A stretch of 64,000 nt of DNA from a bacterium (GTDB lineage Bacteria; Krumholzibacteriota; Krumholzibacteriia; G020349025). Below are positions 27,986 through 37,685 of the stretch, piece after piece; position 1 is the stretch's first letter, and each line of letters opens with the position of its first letter. The DNA lies in assembly GCA_031362565.1 (NCBI GenBank), contig JANLSU010000047.1:1-64000 (forward strand), written 5' to 3'. Both the position numbers and the translations under genes were made by a program. A model generated the notes under the pieces. That model saw only the letters and a list, made by a program, of their open reading frames with translations, did no database searches and was not told where the DNA came from.

Positions 27986-30253
27986 ATGCGTTCCCGCGAA
28001 GCAGATCTCATCATGGCCCGGCTGCGGCGGGCCTTCCGGCGCCGCAAACGCTGGATCGTGGCGTGCACCGCCATCACGTTGTTGCCGATCGTCGCCTACA
28101 ACGAGCTGAGTACGCCCGTCTACGAAGCGACGACGTCGATCGTGTTCGACGATGCATCGAATGCCCCGACCGGCAGCAATGAAGCACTGCGGGCCCGCGA
28201 TATCGCCATCGCTAACCGGGTGCAGGAGTTATCGAGCTACTCGTTTGCGGCCGAGGTCGCAGCGACGATCGCTCCCGAGCACTTGCAGCGCATCCCGCCG
28301 CCGCGCGATCCGAAGCCCGACTTCGATTCGAAGCGCTACGTCATCGATACGATTCGCGAGAGCATCACCGCCGAGCCGGTGCGTAATTCCAACATCATCA
28401 CGTTGGGTGTCGTTCTTCCGGACGCCGAGCTGGCGACCGAAGTCGCCAACGCCGCTGGACACATCTACGAATTGCGTTCACAGCGGATCAAGCAGGAGGG
28501 CGTCGGCGGTTTGCGTCAATTCATCGAGCAACAGCTCGAGCGCACCCGGACGCAGCTCGAGCAAGCCGAGAATGACCTGAAAACGTACAAGGAAAAGAAT
28601 CAAATCACGTCGTTCGACAGCGAAACGCAGGAAGTGCTGCGGCGCGTCACGGATGCCGAGGTGCTCTACAACGGCGCCATCTCCAAGCGGCGCTCCCTGG
28701 AAGATAAATTGACGGCAGCCCAGAAACAGATCGAGTCGCAGCGCCAGGGTCTCGTGGCCGCAGTCACCGAGGCGACCACGCCGCGCGCCCAACGCCTCAA
28801 GGAGAAGCTCGTCGGCCTGCAACTGCAGTACACCGATCTCCAAGTCCAGAACTACGCGCTCAACCACCCCAAGATGGTGCAGCTCGAGAAGGAGCTCGGA
28901 GACACCAAGGCGAGCCTCACGGAGGAGGCTCGCAAGATCGCCGTCGGCCTGACCGTGGCCGACCCAATCGCCCAGATGGAACAGTTGATCAGCGATTCCG
29001 TGTCGATGGGAATCGAGGTGCAGGCACTGCGGGCCCAGGAAGGTGCCTTGCAGAAGATCATCCATCAGTATGACGCCGACATGGGCAAGCTGCCCGAACG
29101 CGAGTTCAACCTGGCGCGCTTGACGCGCGACCGCGATGTTGGGCAAAAGGTGTATTCCATGCTGCGCGAGCGTCTCGAGGACAGCAAGATCAACGAGGCT
29201 CAGAACCTCCCGAGCCTGCGCGTCCTGGATGCGGCGATGCTGCCCCAGGATCCGCTGCGGCCACGCAAGGCGATCAATCTCGCGATTGGCATCGTCCTCG
29301 GCCTGATCTTTGGAATCGGCGCGGCGTTCGCGCGCGAAAATCTCGGTACGGGAGTCGATCATACCGGCGAGATCGAATCGCTGACCGGATGGCCGTTCTT
29401 GGCATCGATCCCGCGGGTGGAGCACTTGGCGCGTGGCACCGTCGGGCACGCCAAAGGGATGGGCGCTGCCGATGCCCGGCGCATGCGGCGTGCCCTCCTG
29501 TCGCTCACCGATCCTAATTGCGGTGGGGCGGAAGCCTATCGCATGTTGCGAACCAATCTGCAGTTCCGCGGTTTCGGCAAGGACTTCAACAGCCTTGCCG
29601 TAACCAGCGTTAGTTCCACCGACGGCAAGTCGATGACCGCCTCGAACCTGGCGATCGCCTCGGCGGCGGTCGGCCTGCGCACTCTGCTCGTGGATGCCGA
29701 GGTGCGCCGGCCGGGCATGCACACGGTGTTCGGCGTCGATCTCGTGCCGGGTGTCAGTGACCTGATGAACGCGCGCCTACGAGATGCAGCAGCCGAACGT
29801 CCCTGGCGCGAAGCCTCTGCCGCCGCGAATGGCGGCCCGGTGGCCACCAAGACCACTACGGCGGCTACGACCGCGACGAACGACTTCGTGCGCCGCACGG
29901 CACTGCCCAACCTGTCGATTCTCACCGCCGGAACCCCGATCGACAACGTGCATGAAGCCATCTCGCGTTGGGCAGCGGACCTCGCCCGGCTGCTGGCGAC
30001 CTTGAAGCAGGACTACGACATCGTGATTCTCGACTCACCGCCGCTTGGAATCGTGCATGACGCCGCGGTGCTGGCCCAGCTCGCCGATCGCGTCCTGTTC
30101 GTGGTCAATGGCCTGCGCGTCGATGCAGAGCAACTCCAGAACGCCAAGCGGCTCCTCGATGGGGCCGGGGCCCGCGTCGTCGGGTCGGTGCTGAATCACA
30201 TGGACCCCTACGGCGTGTACGAGAGGAGCCCGTACTTCCAAACGACGGCTTGA
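27986..30253 (+). CDS. wzc: Polysaccharide co-polymerase / BY-kinase (Wzc/GumC type)
   Basis: TM1 then PVYEAT, long coiled coil, P..P..P TM2, AEAYRMLRTN, Walker A DGKS, LLVDA, Walker B ILDSPP, Tyr-containing tail. Confidence 0.92.
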   Translation: MRSREADLIMARLRRAFRRRKRWIVACTAITLLPIVAYNELSTPVYEATTSIVFDDASNAPTGSNEALRARDIAIANRVQELSSYSFAAEVAATIAPEHLQRIPPPRDPKPDFDSKRYVIDTIRESITAEPVRNSNIITLGVVLPDAELATEVANAAGHIYELRSQRIKQEGVGGLRQFIEQQLERTRTQLEQAENDLKTYKEKNQITSFDSETQEVLRRVTDAEVLYNGAISKRRSLEDKLTAAQKQIESQRQGLVAAVTEATTPRAQRLKEKLVGLQLQYTDLQVQNYALNHPKMVQLEKELGDTKASLTEEARKIAVGLTVADPIAQMEQLISDSVSMGIEVQALRAQEGALQKIIHQYDADMGKLPEREFNLARLTRDRDVGQKVYSMLRERLEDSKINEAQNLPSLRVLDAAMLPQDPLRPRKAINLAIGIVLGLIFGIGAAFARENLGTGVDHTGEIESLTGWPFLASIPRVEHLARGTVGHAKGMGAADARRMRRALLSLTDPNCGGAEAYRMLRTNLQFRGFGKDFNSLAVTSVSSTDGKSMTASNLAIASAAVGLRTLLVDAEVRRPGMHTVFGVDLVPGVSDLMNARLRDAAAERPWREASAAANGGPVATKTTTAATTATNDFVRRTALPNLSILTAGTPIDNVHEAISRWAADLARLLATLKQDYDIVILDSPPLGIVHDAAVLAQLADRVLFVVNGLRVDAEQLQNAKRLLDGAGARVVGSVLNHMDPYGVYERSPYFQTTA

Positions 30254-30310
30254 ACTGGTGCGCCTCAGGATGAAACACCCAAGGATGCCACGAAGGTAGT
30301 GCCAAGTCCC

Positions 30311-30964
30311 ATGAACACGTTCCGCGACATTCCACCCCTCGTCCTCCTCACTTCGGTGATTGCGCTTCTTGGCAGCGCGGTGGTGATCTTCGCGACGCGC
30401 CGAATTGCCCGTGATCTCGTTGCCGCCTTCTGGACGCCGGATTCCGGACTCCCGACGTACCGCAAATGGCTCGACGTTTTGCATCGCGAGCTGAACCGCG
30501 CGCGCCGCTATCACCACCCGCTCGCAGTGGTCGTGACCCGCCTGACCGACAGCGGCTCTCTCGGTGACGTGAGCCGTGAGCGCGCCTCGGCATCGCGGCG
30601 CCGGCAGCTGGCGACGATGCGGGCCGGGTTCTTGATGCGTGAATTGCTGCGCGACACCGACGTGGTCACGTACGACCCGGCGGACAACAGGTTTGTCTTG
30701 CTGCTCACGGAAACCGATCCGGCCCAGGCGCGCGCCGCCATGGCCCGTCTCGATGCCATTGTCCTCGAGCGCGCCGGGGCTCGCCTCCGAAGTGGGATTG
30801 CAATGTTCCCGGCGGATGGCCTCATCACCGAGGACTTGGTGATGCTGGCGTCGGCCCATTGCGCGGGAGAAAAGGCCGGCACGCCGATCAGTGCGCTCGC
30901 GAAATACCCGGCGGCAGCCGCGGCGATCGCCACCGTGAAGCCCAACGCGGCACGGACTGCCTGA
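30311..30964 (+). CDS. Membrane-anchored degenerate GGDEF-domain protein
   Basis: N-terminal TM. DSGLP, RELNRARRY..PL, RDTD, FVLLL.ETD, SGIAMFP.DG. The GGDEF motif is replaced by DPADNRF. Confidence 0.75.
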   Translation: MNTFRDIPPLVLLTSVIALLGSAVVIFATRRIARDLVAAFWTPDSGLPTYRKWLDVLHRELNRARRYHHPLAVVVTRLTDSGSLGDVSRERASASRRRQLATMRAGFLMRELLRDTDVVTYDPADNRFVLLLTETDPAQARAAMARLDAIVLERAGARLRSGIAMFPADGLITEDLVMLASAHCAGEKAGTPISALAKYPAAAAAIATVKPNAARTA

Positions 30965-30974
30965 GGAGAGCGAC

Positions 30975-32168
30975 GTGGACATCAACCCGCCGGCGGTCGC
31001 ACTCGTCGTCTTCGTGGGGTCGGTGGCCGTGCTCGCCTATGTCTATGTTGGCTTTCCACTTCTGGTCCTGCTGTGGGGTGCAGTCCGGCCGCGCCGCGTT
31101 CACATCGCTGCCGTCACCCCCCGCGTCAGTTTGATCATCGCGGCGCACAACGAAGCGGCAAGTGCCACCGCCAAGGTGCAAAACTGCCTCGATGTCGACT
31201 ATCCGCCCGCGGCAATCGAAGTGGTGTTCGCAAGCGATGGTTCCACCGACCGCACGGAAGAGATCGTGCGCCGCTTCGCGGCGCGCGGCGTCCGGCTCCT
31301 ATCTCTGCCGCGCCAGGGCAAGCTGGCGGCGGTGCACGCCGCCGTCGAGGCTTCGACGGGCGAGATTCTCGTGTTCTCCGATGCCAACACGTACTTTCAT
31401 CCCGACGCGGTGCGCATGCTGGCGCGCAACTTCGCCGATCCGGCAGTCGGCGGCGTGTGTGGGAATCTGCAAGTCCGCTCCCGCGACCGCGGCCGCGACC
31501 GCGCCGATTCGAGCGGCGCCGGCGAGTCCTGGTATTGGGAACTCGACAAGGCATTGAAACGCATGCAAAGCCGCAGCGGCAGTATCGTGGCCGCGGACGG
31601 GGCGATCTACGCCATCCGGCGCCATCTGTACACGCGGCCGGAACACACGGCAGTGACCGATGATTTTGCGATCTCGACCGGCGTCGTGGCGCGCGGCTAC
31701 CGCTTGGTCTTCGAGCCTGAGGCGCTGGCGTGGGAACCGAGCGCCGGCCGCGCCGGCCTGGAGTTCTCGCGCAAAGTGCGCATCGTCAATCGCGGTCTGC
31801 GCGGCGTGCTGCTGCGCCGCCAACTCCTGAACCCGCGCCGTTATGGGTTCTATGCGGTCATCCTGTTCTCGCACAAAGTACTGCGGCGTGTGGCGCCGCT
31901 CTTTCTCATGAGTCTCTTGGCGAGCACTCTGGCGCTCGCCGCCCACGGGACAGGATTCGCGATCGCGCTCTATGCACAGTTGGCGTTCTACGCCACGGCG
32001 CTGGCGGGTTGGATGCTGCGAGGCAGGGCGTTTGGCCGCCAAAAGCTGCTGCTCGCGCCCTTTTACTACTGTCTCGCCAATGCCGCGGCGCTCGCCGGTT
32101 TGTGTTCGCTCGCCACCGGACAGCGCATCGAGCGTTGGGAGCCGCAGCGTACGGGGGCCGCGTCATGA
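30975..32168 (+). CDS. Glycosyltransferase family 2
   Basis: IIAAHNE, SDGSTD, GK, FSDAN (DxD region), GAIYAIRR, TDDF, SHKVLR. Confidence 0.93.
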   Translation: MDINPPAVALVVFVGSVAVLAYVYVGFPLLVLLWGAVRPRRVHIAAVTPRVSLIIAAHNEAASATAKVQNCLDVDYPPAAIEVVFASDGSTDRTEEIVRRFAARGVRLLSLPRQGKLAAVHAAVEASTGEILVFSDANTYFHPDAVRMLARNFADPAVGGVCGNLQVRSRDRGRDRADSSGAGESWYWELDKALKRMQSRSGSIVAADGAIYAIRRHLYTRPEHTAVTDDFAISTGVVARGYRLVFEPEALAWEPSAGRAGLEFSRKVRIVNRGLRGVLLRRQLLNPRRYGFYAVILFSHKVLRRVAPLFLMSLLASTLALAAHGTGFAIALYAQLAFYATALAGWMLRGRAFGRQKLLLAPFYYCLANAAALAGLCSLATGQRIERWEPQRTGAAS

Positions 32169-35100
32169 GCCCGCCGTTTGCGGCTGTCGAGACCGGCGAC
32201 CCTGGGCGCCGCCAGATTCGCGGTTCGAGCCTGCTGCTTCTCGGCCGTGGGATTTCACTGCCGCTGAGCTTGTGCGCGCAAGTGCTCCTGGTCCGTTACC
32301 TGGCCAAGGCGGACTATGGAGCACTCGCGTACGGGCTCGCGGTGGTGACGTTCTTCGACGGCCTCGCCGGTCTCGGCCTCGAAACGGCGCTGTCGAGATT
32401 CATCCCGATCTATCACGAGCGCCGCGATTGGGGCCGGTTCTTCGGGGTGATCGCGCTCACGGTTACGGTGATCCTCGCCATGGGCGCGGTGATCATTCTT
32501 GCCATCTGGGCGTCACCGGACTTGCCGGCGAAGTTGATACGCGAGGTCGGGAAGTCGTCGAGCGTGCTGCTCGTCATCGCGTTCTTGATTCCACTCGAAG
32601 CCCTCGACCAGGCGCTAGTGGCGCTCTTCGCCAGTCTGGCGAACCCGCGCTTCATTCTGCTGCGCCGCAGTCTCATCGCACCGGTGTTGAAGTTGGCCGT
32701 GATCCTGATCGCCATCGCCGGCGCCAAGGACGTGCGCTTCGTGGCGTTGGGCTACGTCATCAGCTCGGCGATCGGCATCGTGGTTCTGTCGCTCTTCTTC
32801 GCGCGTTATCTGCACCGCGCCGGACTGTTGCACCACTGGCGCTCCACCCGGCTCGAGATCCCGGTACGCGAGGTCCTCGGGTTCAGCATTCCACTCATGG
32901 CGACCGACATGGTCTCGACCCTGATTCCACTCACCAGCACGATGGTGCTCGGCTACTTCCACGGCAACGCTTCGGTGGCGAGTTATCGCGTCATTCTGCC
33001 CTTGACCGGCATGATTCACGTGATCATGCGGAGCTTCAACCTGCTCTACACGCCGCACGCGTCGCGGCTCTTCGCTCGCGATGACCCGGATGGTGTCGGC
33101 GCGTTGTACTGGCACTCCGCGAGCTGGCTCGCAGTGGCGACATTTCCGTTGTTCGCCGCCATCTTTCTCTGTGCGGAGCCGCTGACCGTGCGCCTGTACG
33201 GTGAACGGTATGCGAGTTCCGCCGGCGTCCTGCAGATCCTCGCCATGGCCTACTACTTCCACGTCGCCCTGGGCATGAACGGGTTGACGCTGCGTGTCTT
33301 GGGCAAGGTGCGCGCGGTTGTGGCGACCACGGCGGCGGCACAACTCGTCGGCACCGCGGTCGCTTTCCTGCTGATTCCTGGGCGAGCGGCGATGGGTGCG
33401 GCGATCGCCACCGCGGTCGCGATGTGCGCCGATACGCTGCTCAAGCAAGGGTTACTCATGAAGGCGAATGCCGCCGTCGGCCGGGGGGCGGGCAGGCAAG
33501 GCTTCTACGGCGCGATCGGTGCGGCCGTCGGCATCGTCCTGTTGACCCGCTGGGTGTTGCATCCGGGTCTGGTCGCGAGCGCGGGCATCGTAGTCGGTGC
33601 GTCGCTCTTCTTGCTGACCGCATTGTGGCGGCGCTTGCGCGTCTACGAATGCTTTCCGGAGCTGCTGCGCGTGCGGCGCGCGGCTTTGAAGCTCTTCTCC
33701 CGCGGCTCGGGCGGCGGCGCCGGCGATCGACCTGGCTCCGCCGGCACGCCGGCGGTTCTGCGCCGTATTCGGGTCTGGATTGCGGCTCTCGGCGCCGCGT
33801 TCATCGTGCTGACAATCGCCGGTTCGGCGTGGTCGGCACCGCTCGGGTTTCCGGGCGCGGATCGCATCCCACTGGTCATTGGTGCTCTTGTCATGGTGAT
33901 CGCGGCCGCAGCGGTCGTCTGCGGGTTATTCCTGTGGCCGGACACTGCCGTGATCGCCGGCGTGTTGCTTCTCTATGCGAACATTCCCGTGATTCTCGGC
34001 GAGCGCATCGGCAGCCCGATGGCCGTCGGCATCGCCATCGTTACCCTGATCGCGCTGGCGGCATTCGGCCGCGCTGTCGTGCATCGCGACGGACCGGCGA
34101 TCGATCTGCCGTTCTTGGGGCTCATCGTGTTTCTGGGCGCGGGTTTGTTGTCGACGCTCTTCGCCCGCGATCCGGCGGTCGCCTTCGGGTGGCTCGGCAC
34201 GTTCACGGTCGAAGTCGTCGCTCTGTACCTGTTGCTCTTGAACGCGGTGCGGAGTGCCCGAAGCCTGCGGCGCGTCTTCCGGGCACTGGTGTTCGGGGCG
34301 GCGGTTCTCGCCCTGCTCGGCGCCTCTCAGGAAGTGAGCGGCAACTACTCGCAGCAGTTCATGGGTCTCGCACACCGCAACTTGTCGCTCTTGAACGACG
34401 ACCCCAACGCCGCGACCGGGATGGAGCGTCCGGCGGGCGGCGTGCGGCTCGCGCAACGCGGCTCGGGCCCCATCGGCGAGCCCAACCGTTGGGCGCAAAC
34501 GCTGCTTTTTCTGCTGCCGCTCGGCCTGCTCGGGATCCGCCACGAACCTTCCGCCGGCCGGAAAGTGACGCTGGCAGCGGCCTCCACGTTGATCGCCGGC
34601 GGCGTGTTTCTGACCTACTCGCGCGGCGCGCTCGTTACGATCGCTGGACTCGCGGCCGGGTTGGCCGTCCTGCGGGTCGTGCGCGTACGCGTCCTGTTGG
34701 CGGGCGGCATCGGCATCGCGGTGGCGGCGGCATGCATGGCACCGAACACCGTCGCGCGGCTCGGCACCTTCGGCGGGATCGAGAGTCTGTTCGGGCATCA
34801 GAAGAGTGCGAAGCCAGCCGATAACGCCATCCGCGGGCGCATGACCGAAATGCTGGCGGCCGGTCTCGTGGCGCTCGATCATCCGCTCGTCGGCGTCGGG
34901 CCCGGCCATTTCACGCCATATTATTCACTCGAGTACATGGCGACTCCCGGCATCGCGTTTCGCGACATCGACAAGACGCGCCGCGCCCACTCGTTGTACC
35001 TCGAGATGGCGGCGGAAACCGGCATCATCGGTCTCGCGGCATTTCTCGCCGTGCCGGTCCTGCTGGCAGTACGCCTTTGGAAGTGGCACCGCCGGTTGCG

Positions 35101-35383
35101 TGTCAGCCGCCCCGACCTGGCCGACCTCGCAGCCGGATGCCTGTTGGCATTGATGGCGTATCTCGGCACCGGCGTGTTCTTGCACCTGTCGTATCAGCGG
35201 TACTACGGCCTGCTGCTGGGACTGTGCGGCTGTTGTGTGGCGGTTTTGGACGTGGAGACGAAGGCACTCGGCGGGGGCGTGGAAGAGGGCCGCATCGTGC
35301 GTGGCGTCTTTATGCCGGCACCACGACCACTCGATCTCGAGCCACTCGAGGCGCCGGGCGCCAACCGCCTGGCCCATCTCTAG
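32165..35383 (+). CDS. Fused Wzx-type flippase and O-antigen ligase/Wzy-type polymerase (1072 aa)
   Basis: N-half: LLVRYL...DYG...GLETALSRFIP (MOP flippase). Gly-rich linker at about 33690-33770. C-half: GPIGEPN, TYSRG, DHPLVGVGPG, AHSLYLEMAAETGIIG (Wzy_C). Single uninterrupted frame with ATGA overlap at the start. Confidence 0.85.
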   Translation: MSPPFAAVETGDPGRRQIRGSSLLLLGRGISLPLSLCAQVLLVRYLAKADYGALAYGLAVVTFFDGLAGLGLETALSRFIPIYHERRDWGRFFGVIALTVTVILAMGAVIILAIWASPDLPAKLIREVGKSSSVLLVIAFLIPLEALDQALVALFASLANPRFILLRRSLIAPVLKLAVILIAIAGAKDVRFVALGYVISSAIGIVVLSLFFARYLHRAGLLHHWRSTRLEIPVREVLGFSIPLMATDMVSTLIPLTSTMVLGYFHGNASVASYRVILPLTGMIHVIMRSFNLLYTPHASRLFARDDPDGVGALYWHSASWLAVATFPLFAAIFLCAEPLTVRLYGERYASSAGVLQILAMAYYFHVALGMNGLTLRVLGKVRAVVATTAAAQLVGTAVAFLLIPGRAAMGAAIATAVAMCADTLLKQGLLMKANAAVGRGAGRQGFYGAIGAAVGIVLLTRWVLHPGLVASAGIVVGASLFLLTALWRRLRVYECFPELLRVRRAALKLFSRGSGGGAGDRPGSAGTPAVLRRIRVWIAALGAAFIVLTIAGSAWSAPLGFPGADRIPLVIGALVMVIAAAAVVCGLFLWPDTAVIAGVLLLYANIPVILGERIGSPMAVGIAIVTLIALAAFGRAVVHRDGPAIDLPFLGLIVFLGAGLLSTLFARDPAVAFGWLGTFTVEVVALYLLLLNAVRSARSLRRVFRALVFGAAVLALLGASQEVSGNYSQQFMGLAHRNLSLLNDDPNAATGMERPAGGVRLAQRGSGPIGEPNRWAQTLLFLLPLGLLGIRHEPSAGRKVTLAAASTLIAGGVFLTYSRGALVTIAGLAAGLAVLRVVRVRVLLAGGIGIAVAAACMAPNTVARLGTFGGIESLFGHQKSAKPADNAIRGRMTEMLAAGLVALDHPLVGVGPGHFTPYYSLEYMATPGIAFRDIDKTRRAHSLYLEMAAETGIIGLAAFLAVPVLLAVRLWKWHRRLRVSRPDLADLAAGCLLALMAYLGTGVFLHLSYQRYYGLLLGLCGCCVAVLDVETKALGGGVEEGRIVRGVFMPAPRPLDLEPLEAPGANRLAHL

Positions 35384-35391
35384 GGAAGTTC

Positions 35392-36333
35392 ATGCTGCGC
35401 ATTCTCACCTATCACCGCGTCGACGTCCGGAAGGACGACGAGACCTTGTCGCCGCGCATGGTGAGTGCCGAGCCGCAAGTCTTCGAGGCGCAAATGCGCT
35501 GGGTCGCGCAGCACTACGAAACGGTGTCTCTCGCCGACGTGTTGCAGGCCGTGCACGGTGCCCGCCGGCTCCCGAATCGTGCGGTGCTCGTGACGTTCGA
35601 CGATGCGTACCGCGATTTTCGCACCCACGCGTGGCCGATTCTCGCGGCCCGCAGAATCCCGGTGGTGCTCTTCGTACCCACGGCATTCCCTGGCCGACGC
35701 AACTTCCATTTCTGGTGGGACCGGCTCTTCCGTGCCTTCCAGGGAACCACCGCCCCGATGCTCGCCCACACGCCGCTTGGCGGCCTGCCGACGGATACGC
35801 CCAGCCATCGCGCCCAATCGCAACGGCGGCTCGAAACGTATCTAAAGTCGATTTCACACGACGCCGCAATGCGCTGGGTCGAGCACGTGTGTTCCGAAGC
35901 GGGGGTCGTCGATCCGGGCGACAACGGCGTGCTCACCTGGGACGAACTGCGGGATCTCCACACCGCCGGGGTCACGATGGCGTCGCATTCACACGAGCAT
36001 CCAGTGCTGACGCGCGTGCCGCCGGACCGGGTCCGCGAGGAATTGCTCCGGTCGCGCGGCGCTCTGCTCCGGGAACTGGGGGAGTGCCCGCCCGTGTTGA
36101 GCTATCCCGCCGGTGCGCATGACGCACATGTGGCGGCACAGTTGCAAGAGACCGGCTACGAACTGGGGCTGACGCAGCGCGACGGCCACAACGACCTGCA
36201 ATCGCACGACCTCTTGGCTCTATGTCGAACCAATCTCACGCGCAAGACGACGCCACTGATTCTCGAACTCCGCCTGCAGCCGTGGACCCAGCGGATCGAG
36301 CGCTTGCGCCATCACGCGCACGCGAGTTCATGA
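35392..36333 (+). CDS. Polysaccharide deacetylase (CE4/NodB family)
   Basis: ILTYHRV, VTFDDAY, SHSHEHP, SYPAG. Confidence 0.92.
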   Translation: MLRILTYHRVDVRKDDETLSPRMVSAEPQVFEAQMRWVAQHYETVSLADVLQAVHGARRLPNRAVLVTFDDAYRDFRTHAWPILAARRIPVVLFVPTAFPGRRNFHFWWDRLFRAFQGTTAPMLAHTPLGGLPTDTPSHRAQSQRRLETYLKSISHDAAMRWVEHVCSEAGVVDPGDNGVLTWDELRDLHTAGVTMASHSHEHPVLTRVPPDRVREELLRSRGALLRELGECPPVLSYPAGAHDAHVAAQLQETGYELGLTQRDGHNDLQSHDLLALCRTNLTRKTTPLILELRLQPWTQRIERLRHHAHASS

Positions 36334-37673
36334 GCCATGCGACTGGAGCCGTCATGATGAATCCACAACGTGCAACCGCCGCCGGAAACGGTGCGTCCGC
36401 TGCGCCACGGCCGCTGCGTGTCGCTTACATCGTGTCGCGCTTTCCAAAAGTGACCGAAACGTTCGTGCTGTTCGAGATGCAAGCCATGGAACGCCTCGGG
36501 GTGCAGGTCGAGTTCTTCCCGTTGCTGCGCGAGCGCGAGACGGTCATGCATCCGGAAGCCGCGCGCTGGATGCAACGGGCCCACTATATGCCGTTTGTTT
36601 CGCTGCCCATTCTGTGGGCGCAATTGTGGTTCCTGGCGCGGTCACCGCGCCGCTACATGGGAATGTGGCTCGAGGTTCTGCGCCGCACCTTCGGCAGTGC
36701 GAATTTCTTCGTCGGAGCTCTCGGGACCGTTCCGAAGTCGGTCCGTTTCGCGTATGAGATGCGGCGCCTCGGCATCGAGCATGTGCACGCGCACTTCGCC
36801 AGCCACCCCACCGTCGCGGCATTCGTGATCCGCCGCTTGACGGGCATTCCTTACAGCTTCACGGCGCACGGCGCGGATCTGCATGTCGATCGACACATGT
36901 TGCGTGAAAAAATGCGCGAGGCGGCATTTTCGGTGCCGATCTCGGAATACAACCGGCGGCTCATGCTGGCGGCGTGCGATGAAGATCTCGCCGACCGGAC
37001 GCATATCGTGCATTGCGGTGTCGACGTCGGCGTCTTCTTGCCGCGCGCCGCGGACCGTGCTCCGGCACCGCGGTTCCAGATGCTCTGCGTGGCGCGGTTC
37101 GAGACCGCCAAGGGGCACCGCTATCTCATCGAGGCCTGCCGGATTCTGGCGGCCGGCGGCTGGGATTTCGACTGCCACCTCATTGGTGACGGCCCCCGGC
37201 GGCAGGACATCGCGGCGCAGGTGGCGACAGCTGATCTAGGCGCCCGGCTGCATCTGCACGGCGCGCGGACCCGCGCCGAAGTGGTGCAGTGGATGGCCAA
37301 GGCGGATGTCGTCGTATTGCCGAGCACACCGATGCCTTCCGGCCGGCGCGAGGGAATTCCCGTCGTCCTCATGGAGGCCATGGCGAGCGAACTGCCCGTC
37401 GTCTCGACTGCGACATCGGGGATTCCGGAACTCGTCGAGGACGGAGTGTCCGGCCTGCTCGTTGCGCCTGAAGATCCGATTGCGTTGGCTGCGGCGCTTG
37501 AACGCCTCATGGCGAGCCCGGATCTGCGGCAAGCGTTCGGCCGGGCGGGGCGCGCCCGGGTGGCGCGGGATTTCGATCTGTACCGTAACGCCGCCGAACT
37601 TGCGGCGCTGTTTACCTCACGCGGAACAAAGCCCACGCCGGCGGATGCGAATGCGTTGGGCGTGCCAGTCTAG
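36330..37673 (+). CDS. Glycosyltransferase family 4 (WcaL-like)
   Basis: FPKVTETF, HVHAHFA, FTAHG.D, ARF...KG, EGIPVVLMEAMA. ATGA overlap. Confidence 0.93.
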   Translation: MSHATGAVMMNPQRATAAGNGASAAPRPLRVAYIVSRFPKVTETFVLFEMQAMERLGVQVEFFPLLRERETVMHPEAARWMQRAHYMPFVSLPILWAQLWFLARSPRRYMGMWLEVLRRTFGSANFFVGALGTVPKSVRFAYEMRRLGIEHVHAHFASHPTVAAFVIRRLTGIPYSFTAHGADLHVDRHMLREKMREAAFSVPISEYNRRLMLAACDEDLADRTHIVHCGVDVGVFLPRAADRAPAPRFQMLCVARFETAKGHRYLIEACRILAAGGWDFDCHLIGDGPRRQDIAAQVATADLGARLHLHGARTRAEVVQWMAKADVVVLPSTPMPSGRREGIPVVLMEAMASELPVVSTATSGIPELVEDGVSGLLVAPEDPIALAAALERLMASPDLRQAFGRAGRARVARDFDLYRNAAELAALFTSRGTKPTPADANALGVPV

Positions 37674-37685
37674 AAATCGGGCGAG

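Noticed and set aside
31730..32164. 145-aa N-terminal extension of the flippase fusion
   Set aside because: It overlaps the GT2 gene in another frame. The ATGA-coupled start at 32165 fits flippase homology.
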